The notes under the pieces: model-generated | Databases searched by the model: none | Told to the model about the DNA's origin: nothing | What the model saw: only the letters and a program-made list of their open reading frames with translations | Translations under genes and position numbers: made by a program | From: Eledone cirrhosa | Taxonomy: Eukaryota | DNA length: 64,000 bases | Assembly (NCBI GenBank): GCA_964016885.1 | Contig: OZ024741.1 | Location: 376,650,001 to 376,714,000, forward strand | Direction: 5' to 3' | Shown here: piece by piece, positions 29,388 to 41,505 of the stretch | How the letters are laid out: the number at the start of each line of letters is the position of its first letter | Numbering within the stretch: position 1 is the stretch's first letter

Positions 29388-30206
29388 CTAAAAGTTTCTA
29401 CCTCAGGCACAAGGCCAGCAACCACCCAGTGCAAAAAAAAAACTAATGCCAAATAATAATTCAGAATCCCGAAAAAGAAAACTAATACTATCTCTAAGGG
29501 TGCCGCCACAATACAAAAATTCTAGTGCAAACTACATAAATGCTCGTACGAAGTATATGGAAAATTTGATACTGAAAATTAATTCAGAATCCCCCCCCCC
29601 CCAATAAATACTGATATACGAGAAATTAAAGAAAATATACCACTCAGAAATATAGAAAGCACGGAAAAGGGGCAGCCATCGGATAAGAAGGCACGTATCC
29701 GGGGTCTAACACATCTGGTATAAAAAGCGGCATCGGCCAAATCTATCATAGAATAGGAGAAGCGGGTGGGAGAACTGAGACTACAAAAGACCGAGGGGCT
29801 GCCTCGTGTGGGCGAAAAACTAAAAGGACGACGACAAAGAAAGAGGACTGGGGTGGAAGGACTAGGGAGGGATGGGGGAAGAAGGAAATATAGAGGAAGT
29901 GATTAAAAGATATAAAAGAAGATCTTACGTCTTCCTTTGCAAGCAGGGGTTACCCATTACAAAATCGGTAAGTGGGGTGTTATAGCCCTAGTCTACCCCT
30001 CCGGGTCATTATGGGGTTTGAGGGCGAGGTAAGTCCTACGCAATCTGTGTTTACATGCAGTTACCCGTTCATCTTTCTTGTTTATGAGTTGGTCCGTCGA
30101 AAACAGCACATTTTAATAAATAATTGCTCTAGGGTTCTTATATATTTTATATATAGTTATCCTTATCGAGCGTTCTTTGGATTTTAGTCTTCGAATTTAT
30201 TATTAT

Positions 30207-30266
<60 letters not shown>

Positions 30267-30310
30267 CGTAAAATAAGAAAATTATAAAATTAACTTACTT
30301 ACTAAAAAAT

Positions 30311-30395
30311 GACTTCCAACTAATTAGTTTCTGGAATGGAGTAAATATATTTTCCGTTGAAACACATAGAAAATCATTCCGTCATCAGGAAAGTC
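30311..30395 (-). ncRNA. Type I hammerhead ribozyme motif (inverted pLTR copy)
   Basis: Minus strand: GACTTTC-CTGATGA-cGGAATG...CATTCCa-GAAA-CTAATTAG-TT-GGAAGTC. Confidence 0.75.
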
Positions 30396-30717
30396 TTTTT
30401 CCGTATAGGTCTCCAGGCATAGCGAGGACACTGGAAACTTATTAAAAAAATAATTCAGTGGAATGGAAATAGCAAAGCGTGGACTGGATTCCAAGCCATT
30501 GAGAAAATCACTGCCTCTTCGTCTGTGGCAAATTCAAAAAGAATCAATCACGTGATATCGAGGTCAATCAGTGGAAAGCGAGTGGTTATTAAGACAGCGG
30601 CCAGCTTTACTATTTCCATTCCACTGCTATTTCCATTCCACTGAATTATTTTTTTAATACATTTTTTTAATAAGTTTCCAGTGTCCTCGCTATGCCTGGA
30701 GACCTATACGGAAAAAG

Positions 30718-30800
30718 ACTTTCCTGATGACGGAATGATCTTCTGTGTGTTTCTTCGGAAAATATATTTACTCCATTCCAGAAACTAATTAGTTGGAAGT
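30718..30800 (+). ncRNA. Type I hammerhead ribozyme motif
   Basis: Stem I ACTTTC/GGAAGT; CTGATGA 30724-30730; stem II GGAATG/CATTCC; GAAA 30781-30784; palindromic stem III CTAATTAG; GUU triplet. Confidence 0.78.
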
Positions 30801-31242
30801 GATTTTTTAGTAAGTAAGTTAATTTTATAATTTTCTTATTTTACGTCTCTCATATTATTGTTCTGCAACCCCATGCATTGAACCACATTGTTAATAAGAC
30901 AAAACCTATATATTTGCTAGCATTGATATGCATCTGTGTGTATATAAATGTTACTAGATATAAATTCCTTATAATTATCTCCAATTCATTTGTCGAGCAA
31001 TATTTGGCCATGACTGCTACTATGGTATTAAGCTGGCCGCTGTCTTAATAACCACTCCCTTTCCACTGATTGACCTCGATGTCACGTGATTGATTGTTTT
31101 TGAATTTGCCACAGACGAAGAGGCAGTGATTTTCTCAATGGCTTGGAATCCAGTCCACGCTTTGCTATTTTCATTCCACTGAATTATTTTTTTAATAAGT
31201 TTCCAGTGTCCTCGCTATGCCTGGAGACGTATACGGAAAAAG

Positions 31243-31325
31243 AGTTTCCTGATGACGGAATGATTTTCTATGTGTTTCTTCGGAAAATATATTTACTCCA
31301 TTCCAGAAACTAATTAGTTGGAAGT
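31243..31325 (+). ncRNA. Type I hammerhead ribozyme motif (third copy)
   Basis: CTGATGA 31249-31255; GAAA 31306-31309; CTAATTAG-TT-GGAAGT. One stem I substitution relative to the other two copies. Confidence 0.72.
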
Positions 31326-31370
31326 GATTTTTTAGTAAGTAAGTTAATTTTATAATTTTCTTATTTTACG

Positions 31371-31412
<42 letters not shown>

Positions 31413-31800
31413 ATAATAATAATTTCGAAGACTAAAATCCAAAGAACTCTCGATAAGGATAAATATATATAAAATATATAAGAACCCTAGAGCAATTATT
31501 TATTAAAATAAGGTGTTTAAGCAAAGAATCGATGCTTTCAGCCTTAACGGGATCTTCTGAAACTGAAAAAATCAATCTGTGAACGCAGAAGTAAATATTT
31601 CGAAAAATGTTGCAACCGAAGGAAGTCAGGAAGGCGATACTTTGGTTCGTGGAAACGTTCCCTGGCAATGAACGGGAAAAAACGAACATAATACGTCAAT
31701 ATTTGGAGCAGTGAGAACAATTACACGCAAAGACAAAACCACCTCCAAGGTATAACTGAAGTCGTAGAATAAAATTCTATTTAGGAAACCACCATTCTAC

Positions 31801-32940
31801 GTGATTATAGGCGCCAGCGATTATGTGGAACTTACTGATCTTATCGGCCTTTTCCTTCTTTCCTCTATCAAGGAGGAATTCCCCAACAAGGTCGGTGGTT
31901 TGTACCGTGATGACCGTCTTTTAACCATGACAAAGTGTGGTCCACGTGCTTGTGACAGGTTCAGAAAAGAACTCACGGCCTTCTTTAAAGGCTTCAACCT
32001 CTCCATACAGGTTGAGGCCAACTTTTCGGTCGTTAATTACCTCGACGTTACCCTCAATTTGTCGAATGGCTTGCACTACCCGTATAGAAAGCCGAATGAT
32101 ACGCTTAATTACATAAGTAAGCATTCTAACCATCCTGCCAGCATAACCAAGAACCTGGTAAAAAACGTTTCTTTGAATCTTTCCCGTCTATCTACAAACG
32201 AGCATATTTTCACCGACCATTCCACATATTACAATGAAGCTCTTGCTCGGGGTGGATTTGTCGATAAGTTAGCATATAGAGAGTATCAGAATAGACCTAG
32301 GAAAAATAGATCCCGACGCATTATATGGTATAACCCACCATATAATGAAGGTGGCCACACCATTAGATAAGATGTTTCTCTCACTAATTATGAAGCATTT
32401 CCCTCCAGCACATAAAATATTAAAATTTTTAATAGAAATACCATTACAATTTCTTACTCTACGACTCCTAACCTTGCGCATAACATCACAGCTTCAAATT
32501 TGGCTAAATTATCTAGCCGTAGTAACACGTGCAACCTAGTAGCTAGTTCTAACTCTAATTGTAGGAAAAAGGGTTGACTGCCCCCTATCCTGGAAATGCC
32601 TCTCTAGTAACATTGTCTACAAATGTAAGTCGAAACACCCACGTCCCTTAGGGCCTACATAGGGTTAACCGCCAATAGATTCAAGTAGAGTCTTTACATG
32701 CATACCTATTCTTTTCTTAAACCTCTAAGAAGGAATATGACGTCACTTTCAGCTTATATCTGGAGTCTGAAAGACAACCACACCCAATGTAATCTACATT
32801 GGGAGATCCTAGCTGAGGCTAGATCGAACAATGGAATTAAAAGACCATGTGACCTTTGCGCCTCTGAAGCCCTGGAAATACTCTACGCCAAAAACCACAT
32901 CTTAAACAAAATGTCTGAGGCAATTTCAGCTTGTGTAAAA

Positions 32941-32945
<5 letters not shown>
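31801..32945 (+). pseudogene. 5'-truncated Penelope-like element ORF (RT C-terminus, thumb, GIY-YIG endonuclease), Naiad-like, frameshifted
   Basis: Motifs GLYRDD, VVNYLDVTL, YISKHSNHP, IIWYNPPY. Downstream broken frames give CPL..KCL..NIVY, YIG, LSAYIWSLK, CDLCASE and LNKMSE. Confidence 0.9.
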
Positions 32946-32983
<38 letters not shown>

Positions 32984-33051
32984 CATATACGTGTTTTGCA
33001 ACGGGTCACTTTGTGGCTCAATGAAAATTTAATAAATTAAATAATCAGACC

Positions 33052-33631
33052 TATATATCATAAAACATGTCTATAAAACATGTCTATAAAACATGTAATA
33101 ATCACCCATTAGGTTGAGATACAAATTTGGCTGTATTGTGCTGTGCTTTCTAACAAAAACCCATTAGCCGTAAGCAACTACCACACCCCTTCCAACCTGA
33201 CCGCTACTACGTCACGATCTTTAGCCATTTTGAATGAATTCTTGGCGCGATCACTTTGGAAAATTTAGTGTCTAGATCAGAGCAAATCTCCTGATGAATT
33301 CGATGCTCGAGTTAAATAATTATTACATAATTATTGGAAATCTCAAAATGCGGACGAAACCATGGTAGAGGTATTTAAATGTATTCTAGTTTCTCCTAGC
33401 TTATTTCGCACCTAATTATGTTTAATTGACTGTATCTGGGCGATTACGCTGTCGAAATATTCGATAAATATTCCGTTGCGGCCGACGCGAAGTTTCGGTT
33501 ATTTGTTGGAGATTTCGTCATAGAAGCCTCATTCTTATAGCCTGGTCTATTCGATATTTTTATAGTTAATTGTGCTAATTGGGAGAGGAAATGGTATATA
33601 TTTTATCTTGTGATTCTATAGACATGTTTTA

Positions 33632-33635
<4 letters not shown>
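33052..33635 (+). mobile_element. PLE pLTR-like segment with a short inverted copy of its own 3' end
   Basis: TATATATCATAAAACATGTCTATA (~33052) is the reverse complement of TATAGACATGTTTTATGATATATA (~33617). Contains a hammerhead motif and ends in (TA)n. Confidence 0.6.
33286..33372 (+). ncRNA. Type I hammerhead ribozyme motif, long stem II, somewhat decayed
   Basis: ATCTC-CTGATGA(33291-33297)-long hairpin including AATAATTA/TAATTATT-GAAA(33356-33359)-CCATGG-TA-GAGGT. Confidence 0.7.
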
Positions 33636-33708
<73 letters not shown>

Positions 33709-33715
33709 CATATAT

Positions 33716-33778
<63 letters not shown>

Positions 33779-33832
33779 CGTGTGGGTGTATGTATATATG
33801 TGTCTATATATATAAATATATATATATATATA
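33633..33832. repeat. (TA)n-rich microsatellite
   Basis: Visible dinucleotide tract. Confidence 0.95.
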
Positions 33833-34108
33833 ATGTAGGAGGTGAGTTTTATTGTAGCACAATAAAGCAATGCAAATATCGGTTAAGTAGCACTCAACTG
33901 TTTATAATACTGGAGTATAAATAATATAAAATCAAAAGATGGTTAAAACCGTTCCATGTATTTTATTATGCGCATTTCAAAAACAAATATCATCATTTAT
34001 CTGATAAGAACGCAAATATCAACCCATGATGATATTTGTTTATGAAATGCGCATAATAAAATACATGGAACACTTTTAACCATCTTTTGATTTTATATTA
34101 TTTATATA
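33833..34108 (+). mobile_element. Short PLE pLTR insertion with 5' inversion; same family as 55256-56580
   Basis: ~33917-33995 is the reverse complement of ~34026-34105. TGTAGGAGGTGAG...ATATCGG matches the reverse complement of 56532-56580. Hammerhead at 33996-34060 has core CTGATAA (G8 to A). Confidence 0.8.
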
Positions 34109-34169
34109 TATATATATATACATATACAATGGTGCATGTCTCTCGGACATGAAACCCTTAATTTTATTT

Positions 34170-34542
<373 letters not shown>

Positions 34543-34560
34543 CATACATATATATCTCTA

Positions 34561-34604
<44 letters not shown>

Positions 34605-34651
34605 TAGATAGATAGAGTGAGGGGGGGGGGTAGATAGATAGAAAGAGAGAA

Positions 34652-34654
<3 letters not shown>

Positions 34655-34734
<80 letters not shown>
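34655..34734. repeat. (GA)n microsatellite
   Basis: Visible dinucleotide tract. Confidence 0.95.
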
Positions 34735-34736
<2 letters not shown>

Positions 34737-34969
34737 ATATATACGATATTCATTATTTAGCTACTTTGGTCGGCAATGTGGTTTTGAGTGTATCACGTAC
34801 GGGCACATATGTACATAGACACAAGCACCTGTTAATGACGTTATTAATAATCTGGCAGATAATGTAATTATGTCTGCAGAAAATTGACATTGTAATTATC
34901 AGTCAGTTAGTTGATGTTGATTACACGAGAATGCTGAATAGGAAAACCTATAGCGTAACGAATGCAGAT

Positions 34970-35007
<38 letters not shown>

Positions 35008-35008
<1 letters not shown>

Positions 35009-35194
35009 GGAACCATTAAGACCCCGACAGCTGAGCTCAAGCCGTTTCGACTAATTGAGTCCAGAATTAGCCGTCGAAACGGCTTGAGCTCAGCTGTCGG
35101 GGTCTTACTGGTTCCTATTACCCACTCTACTACCTCAAGTATTGAGTACTTTGGTGCGTTATGGTCCACCTGGTTCCTTACCACATTTCCTTCG

Positions 35195-35197
<3 letters not shown>
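35008..35197 (+). mobile_element. Short TA-embedded palindromic element (copy 2)
   Basis: Same arms and tail as 34281-34480, but a different central junction. Confidence 0.75.
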
Positions 35198-35238
<41 letters not shown>

Positions 35239-35589
35239 ATATATATACATACACCAACCCGCACATACACACAAACACACTGTCACGCACACGTATATAG
35301 GAACATCAGGTGTATATATTTACAGATTAATTTATTTCTACAAGATTTGTGGTTTCAAGACATAAGCGCACTTATCTGTTCAGATGATAGGTAATTAGAT
35401 CTAAAATAAATAGAACATGCAACTACGGGACATATCTTTATAGGCATCCCTCTGATGGTTTCAAACTAAGAGGTAGTGTTGGTAAATCAATAATATCATT
35501 TGAATTAAAACATTGTGAGATATTGGCTACCTGTTGACGTCTTTAATGTTACACCATTTTAGGTAAGCTGTATCTGTCTGAAGCCAGGT

Positions 35590-35785
35590 GAAGTGATTGA
35601 GAGTACACGGTTCTTCCTTGGACAGGACTCCAGTCAATCACTGAGTTAAATCTCCCAGCTATTGCCGGTATTCATTTCAGCTAGCTAAACTGGAGCATTG
35701 TGAATTAAGCTGCTGTGCCCAATAAGAAAATACAGATCCCACGTTACGAATCGAACGCATGGCATTATGATCATGCGCCCATCAC
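35590..35785 (-). mobile_element. Decayed tRNA-derived SINE, probably with a Nin/Deu-type core domain
   Basis: GGACAGGACTCCAGTC...CCCAGCTATTGCCGGTATTCATTT...GTGAATTAAG..TGCCCAA...GAATCGAAC resembles the reverse complement of a Nin-domain SINE with a B box. Recognised from memory, not aligned. Confidence 0.55.
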
Positions 35786-35949
35786 AATCTCAACCAAAAT
35801 GTGGTGGGTTAACTTCTCTTTATCATTTACTTAAATGATATTATAAAGTAAACAAAACGATATTCCACTAAGCGAGGAGAAATTTGAGTTAATCACTTTA
35901 GAAAAGATGATGGACATACGTCACCATATTATCTTGAAACCACTAAAGA

Positions 35950-36290
35950 TGATTTATTGCCAAAATGATATTGACATCAATGTTTAAAATCCCCCGAAGG
36001 TTGAACCCTAACACAAAATTCGACCTTATATCTTAAAACAATATTATGACACGACTATTTCACCTCAATTAGTCTTGCCCCCATTAATATACCAAAAGAA
36101 TTCGAATGATCGTTGGATTAATTCTTCATTAAGATTCCGCATAATCCTCAACACTCGGATATGACTAGGGAAACAATAACCCTTCACTGTAGTGAGCTGA
36201 GGTATCCGAAACATGATGAATGTGTGAAGTATGATCTGAAAGACTTCGCCAGATGGTGTTATTAAGTATGACATGTCCTGGGCCAATTTA
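35950..36290 (+). mobile_element. Decayed 3' end of a CR1-type LINE related to 53560-54985
   Basis: Shares TATTTCACCTCAATT and GAAAGACTTCGCCAG.TGGTG.TATTAAGT..GACATG.CCTGGGCCAAT with 54746-54960. Confidence 0.8.
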
Positions 36291-37129
36291 TATATAACCC
36301 GTCAAATTTAAATATACATATTAATTTCGTATAAGCTGGTTGCTGGATGTTGTTTCTCGTAGCTCGTAAAAATCTTCATTAAAACTGTAATTTGCTTATT
36401 TGAAAACCAGTTTCAAAGATTTGTAAAGTAAATGTATACACATATTACTAATTTGAGATCTGAATTTTGAAAATATGGTCTGTAAGGTATGTATTTTATT
36501 TTTATCTCTATTATGATACAGTTCTGAAATATATTCTTACGTACGTGATGCAGGTTCTCAAGTATGTATTTTCAAAAGTCCGATTCATCGTAACGATCTC
36601 ATCTTAAGTACTGGGTAAATAATATTTCAATTTTATTTTTTCTTTCATTAATTTCAGTATTTTTGGAGTTTGAAAGGCTTACACCGTAAGGATTTTTACT
36701 GTTCTTTAATTACAAGCAGAATATATAACAACATGTAATTTGTTTACTTTTAATTCTCGAAAAACAGCGATACATTAACAAAATTGCCGGTTTCTGACAT
36801 ATTTCGTTAAAGTATTATATTTTAATTTTTTATTTTCTGTAATAGTAATTGCAAGTATTTAATTAATTAATTATTGAAATATTATAATTGGTATTCTATT
36901 TCATTATTTATTATTTATTTATTAAATTAATTGATGAATATTTGTAGATATTTTTCATTATATTTACTTCTTTAACTTTAATTATCGTGATGAGTTAGGA
37001 ATGAACACAATTTTTCATATTGTTATTCGTTTATTGTCAAACCCCAATGAAATGCACGACAATACGGACATTTTTCATGAAAATGAAATTATAAATCAAC
37101 TCAACTAGAAATTAAAGGAACTAGAAATA

Positions 37130-37325
37130 GTGGTTTCTTATATAGACACGAGGCCAGCAATTTTGGCGAGGGGAAAGTCGATTAAATCAACCGCATGGTA
37201 TGACAGGTGCTTCATTTTATCGACCTCACAAATTTAACCTCGGTGGGATTTGAACCAAGAGCATAAAGGACCGTAACTCTATGCTGCAAAGCATGGCGTC
37301 CGACGCTCTACCAATCCACCGGAAC
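37130..37325 (-). mobile_element. tRNA-derived SINE (cephalopod-type), decayed
   Basis: AGGCCAGCAATTTTGG...AGTCGATT...TTTTATCGACC...CCTCGGTGGGATTTGAAC...CCGTAACTCTA; related copy at 41085-41222. Confidence 0.65.
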
Positions 37326-37689
37326 TAGAAATAATGCCTAGTGCATAGAGCTTAAGCAGTGGCTCTCCATCATACAATCTAATTAAAGAGACCCCCGCAG
37401 ATTTGTGGCTCTCTGAGAATTTTGGCGCTGATACAGCGAAAAAAAATCGATGTCTTTTATGCCTATACACTTATTAGGCCACACATTGATCAGCTGAGTC
37501 ATATTGTCACAGAGGAGAAGACAGAAGAAAAGAAAAAGGTAAAATACGATCCACAAAGGAGCCATAAAAGCCGGTAGCATCTGAAAGCCACTGCCAGTGA
37601 GATGGTCTGCGGCGCAGACAATATCAGTGATGGAGATGAAGAAAACAATTAAACACTGGAATGCATCTAAAGTAAACTAAAGAACCAGC

Positions 37690-38830
37690 AGATGGACCCC
37701 AATAAGAAGAAAAACGCAACAGACAGGAGGCGACAACCAGTGGATAAATGATCAAGTGAAAAAGACTAACAGAGAGCCTGGGAAAAAGAAATTGCAAGTT
37801 CTACAAGAAAGTGACCTGCAGACATGGGGGAGTTGGTACAGGCTGCAGTTTTGCACACCCCAGACTCTAAGCAATGTGCAACCAACCTGCACATGCCAGA
37901 TACTCAAGCAAAAATCAAACTGGACAAAAAACATAATACACAGGGTCACTGTCCAGGAAGTATGCTGAGGCTGCACGTACTGCCCCGATGAAGAGAAGAC
38001 AGTATTTGGAATCACTATAGACGAGAGATATGGAACAACAGTATTTTTTAAAGACTTGGCCTCACCAAATTCAACGACAAAATCAGTCACACCAAGATTC
38101 GTGATCACCACAAATGAAGATCCCAGAGTGATCGCCACTGATACCCGCGCAACTGTCATATCGGTTGCCATCACTGACACACTAAATGTCACACAAGTGC
38201 TACTAATAAATGTTAGAGGCCTAGTAAAATGGACGAACATGTATAAGATCCCAAGTCTAAGAATCCTAGCCACAAGCAATCAAGCAATATGCATGGTACT
38301 GACTGGAACTTGTCCTCAGCCTTCAGGATTATGGCTCTCAGCTGTGGTCATCGCATACTTTCAAACTAACTGCAGAACGTGAAGCCCTCCAACGAAGTTA
38401 CAAAAAAAAAAGGATTGCCTCGATGAAAGAGATGAGCTACTGGGACAGGCGAAAAAAATTAAAGTTTCATTCCCCGGAAAGAGGCAGTGATATCGTATGG
38501 AAGATCCTGGAAGGATTAGCATCAAACTTCGGCATTGAAGGTAGGCCTATTCGACGAACAGGGCACCACAGTGTAATGCCAAAGGACCCATCTGTCGCAC
38601 CAAAATAGCGATTACATACTGCAATTGCCTTGGTCCAAAGGAGCCCAACATTTTGATAAACTGCCAAAAAACCTGAGAGATTTTTACATGGTGAACATGT
38701 ATATGTTTTGCTGATACATCCCGATATTCTGCTGATAAAGATCCCGGATAAACCTACAGCAGGATAAGCGCAATAAGGGGGTCATCAACAACCTCCCCTT
38801 TGCATCAATGGCCAATCAAGCATGACCTCA
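37690..38830 (+). pseudogene. Internally deleted CR1-type LINE remnant (ORF1 zinc finger, APE N-terminus, ORF2 C-terminus)
   Basis: CKFYKKVTCRHGGVGTGCSFAH (CCCH-like) near 37794; VLLINVRGL...VLTGT (APE start) near 38200; MSYWDR.KKLK.HS.ER...VWKILEGL..NFGIE at 38423-38608, paralleling YWGRLEKLKLYSLQRRR of the 53.5-kb LINE. Confidence 0.7.
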
Positions 38831-41084
38831 GCCTGTTGGCTGGTACATGTTATCGATTGATAGAGTAATATATATCTATATACATCAACCATGCATGATC
38901 TTGTATATTCATAATATTTCCGGCCCTTGCCCTCTATATTTGAGATAGCATTTTGGACAATAATATCTAAAGTTTACGTCCATTTGTGAAAGAGGATTGC
39001 GTATTTTGCATGAGATTTGACTGCTATTTCTAGCATAAAGCTTAGACACGCAAAGGTGCATTTCTTTGATATGTACGATGACTACAGATGTATTTGCCGC
39101 TAGTTAGAGAAATTTGCCAAGGAAGTGTATAATCATTCCAATCGTATAATCAGTTACAAGCTGCATCAATAACAAAGACATTCATTTATACATTACAGAT
39201 GTAATGGAGAGAAGGAAGGGGGTCGTTTTGTTAATGTATAGTGTTACTGTCCAAAGTGACGGTGATGTGTACCTTTTCCTTAGCTTTTCGCTGAATTCGT
39301 GACAAAGAAAGCAACTTTTCTAAATGCTTCAGCAATTTATTTCCAAATAGCTGCCTTTGGTTATGTATAATGGTGAGTATTACATCACTGTTAACTTAAA
39401 TGACTATTTACAAAGATAATTTCTCTCAGATACACTGCACGAAGACAATGTATTGCCTTCAGTCTATTCATTAAAGTCAAATGAGTTTTGTGATACATCA
39501 CCGTATAATTACTCTATCTAAATGAATTCATATTGACCTCATAGCTTTATGAGTAAAATGCAGTTAACAGGGGCTTCAGAAGATTTCAATGTTGAAGAAA
39601 TGTTATGTATCAGAAAAGTATTCTAGAGCATCACTGTAAGGTATGTTAAAATTGGCAACAACACTAGCTTAATATTTCCAACAAATATTCAACAACAGAA
39701 TGTGATTAATAAGAAGGTGAAGCGTAGATATGGGCTTATAGATTTAGTCATATTTTTCACATAGTTGTGCGTAATAGCAGTAAATATTAATAAGGGCTTT
39801 GATGAATATCTACGAATAAAATTTGCATACCGACGTGAAAATGATGCAAACCATCTACATGGAAGCCTTGAATATCAATAATTGTTATTTCGCTTAGAAT
39901 TAATTATTAGAGAATAAATTGTCCCTTATCAATTTCTATAGTTATTTAATTGAAATTATGACAATTTTCTGTCAAACAATGTTACCAGTGTATTTCCGTA
40001 ACAAAATTCAAATACTGATAAAATCAAATAAAGTTTGAGAACTGCGATCTTTTGATTTCTTAACCGGAAGAAATATAAAGAACATATTCAAAAATAAACG
40101 TCTCCAATTTTGTTGGGGCTTTTGTATAATTCCAAATCTAACATCAACAAAAAGCTATTTCAGTTATGAACCAAATTCTATGTTTAGAAATATATCTAGG
40201 ACAATACATATGTGCCCTTTCATTATTTCAGCTTGTATGGTACGATAGATTTGATTTGTATCTCTAGCATGTTGAAAAATTATTGGTTTATCTTCGATAT
40301 TTTATCTTGGATAGATATGTATACCATTCCTAATCTGTTGCTTCGAAATTTTCCGTCAATATATTCCTACTTTTAATTCTCTTTCACTATTTTGTAGATA
40401 TTTCATACCGCCATATAAAGTCTGTTGTTATTGAAAGTACTTTTTTATGTATGCAAGACGAACAGTTTTCTGATATACCTATGCGTGATCAGAAACCTAT
40501 AAAATATCTAGTGGCATTTATTTTGATGCATATCATTTTCATTTAGTAACTGTGAATAAACAGAGGTTTGTTTCTTACACATTTAGATGTAAACATGATT
40601 TTCAATTATTCTATTTTCTTTTAATTTAAACCCTCTAGCAATATACATGTATATGTTTTCCCTTAGAATTGTATATATCATGAGATGGAAAAGAAGTTAT
40701 AATTCATTTCATGCCTTGCTTAAACTTTGTTTGCTTATTATACATTTGATTGTTTTATTTTCTAACAAGATTTATTCGTATGCTTACAATATTTCTGCTA
40801 TTCATAAATATACCCTATCTATTAGTAAGCACTTAGAGGTCTGTACTAACTATACATTTATTCAGTTTGTCACGATATGTGTTCCCGTGTTGCGATTTAA
40901 ATATAGTTAACTATGGAAAGAACTCGAAAGCATAAGCGAGATATTTAATTCAGGAATACCTGTTCGTGTGTTACACCTCAAATTACCTTAGCAATACAAC
41001 AAAATCGAAGGCATAATTAAAGTATTTAGTTATGAAATAATTGTTTCTTCTTTTGGCACACATATATCCCAATGCATCACTAGT

Positions 41085-41222
41085 GTTCTATTTTATCGAC
41101 CCTGTAAGGATTAAAGGCAAAGGTAACCGTGGCAGCATTTTATCTCAGATTGTAAAGGGCCGTAACTCTACGCTGTAAAGTATAGCGTCCAACTCTCTAC
41201 CGATACTGCCAATCAACCGCTT
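41085..41222 (-). mobile_element. SINE fragment, same family as 37130-37325
   Basis: TTTTATCGACC...AAAGGCAAAG...CCGTAACTCTA.GCTG.AAAG..T.GCGTCC.AC.CTCTACC shared with the 37.2-kb copy. Confidence 0.65.
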
Positions 41223-41309
41223 TAGTGAAATGATAATGTTATAAAAATGGAAAGAAAATCGTACACAAAACGTATAATTTCCAAAGATCTTGATTGATAT
41301 TCTTTCTAG

Positions 41310-41505
41310 CACTGGTAGAATCGTTAAAGCGTTAGATAAATTAGTTCAGTGTATTCTGAAGTTAAGTGCCTCTACGATTGAGACTACTTTGCATTCTTTC
41401 GATGTTCATGAAATGATAACTAGTCATGTACTAGGGTCGATATAATCCATTCTTATCCCCCCCACCCGCAAAAGCTCAAGATTTAGGATATGTTAGAAAC
41501 AATTT
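41310..41505 (+). mobile_element. Decayed SINE in the opposite orientation
   Basis: CTGGTAGAATCGTTAAAGCG head and TACTAGGGTCGATATAATC...GTTAGAAAC tail mirror the minus-strand copies. Confidence 0.45.

Larger units (their letters stand above)
30259..31378 (+). mobile_element. Non-coding PLE/retrozyme-like insertion: inverted pLTR copy (30259-30607), partial direct copy (~30610-30853), spacer, full direct copy (31030-31378); flanked by (TA)n on both sides
   Basis: 30259-30607 is the near-exact reverse complement of 31030-31378. All three copies contain the same hammerhead. Confidence 0.8.

Noticed and set aside
31515-31565. Minus-strand CAGAAGA...GAAA hammerhead-like string (also TTATGA...GAAA near 30085)
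   Set aside because: Core and stems are too degenerate to support.
39199-39640. Exon-like segments bounded by ttacag/gtgagt and gtatgt splice-like signals
   Set aside because: Stops in all three frames and no homology recognised; cannot support a gene without RNA data.
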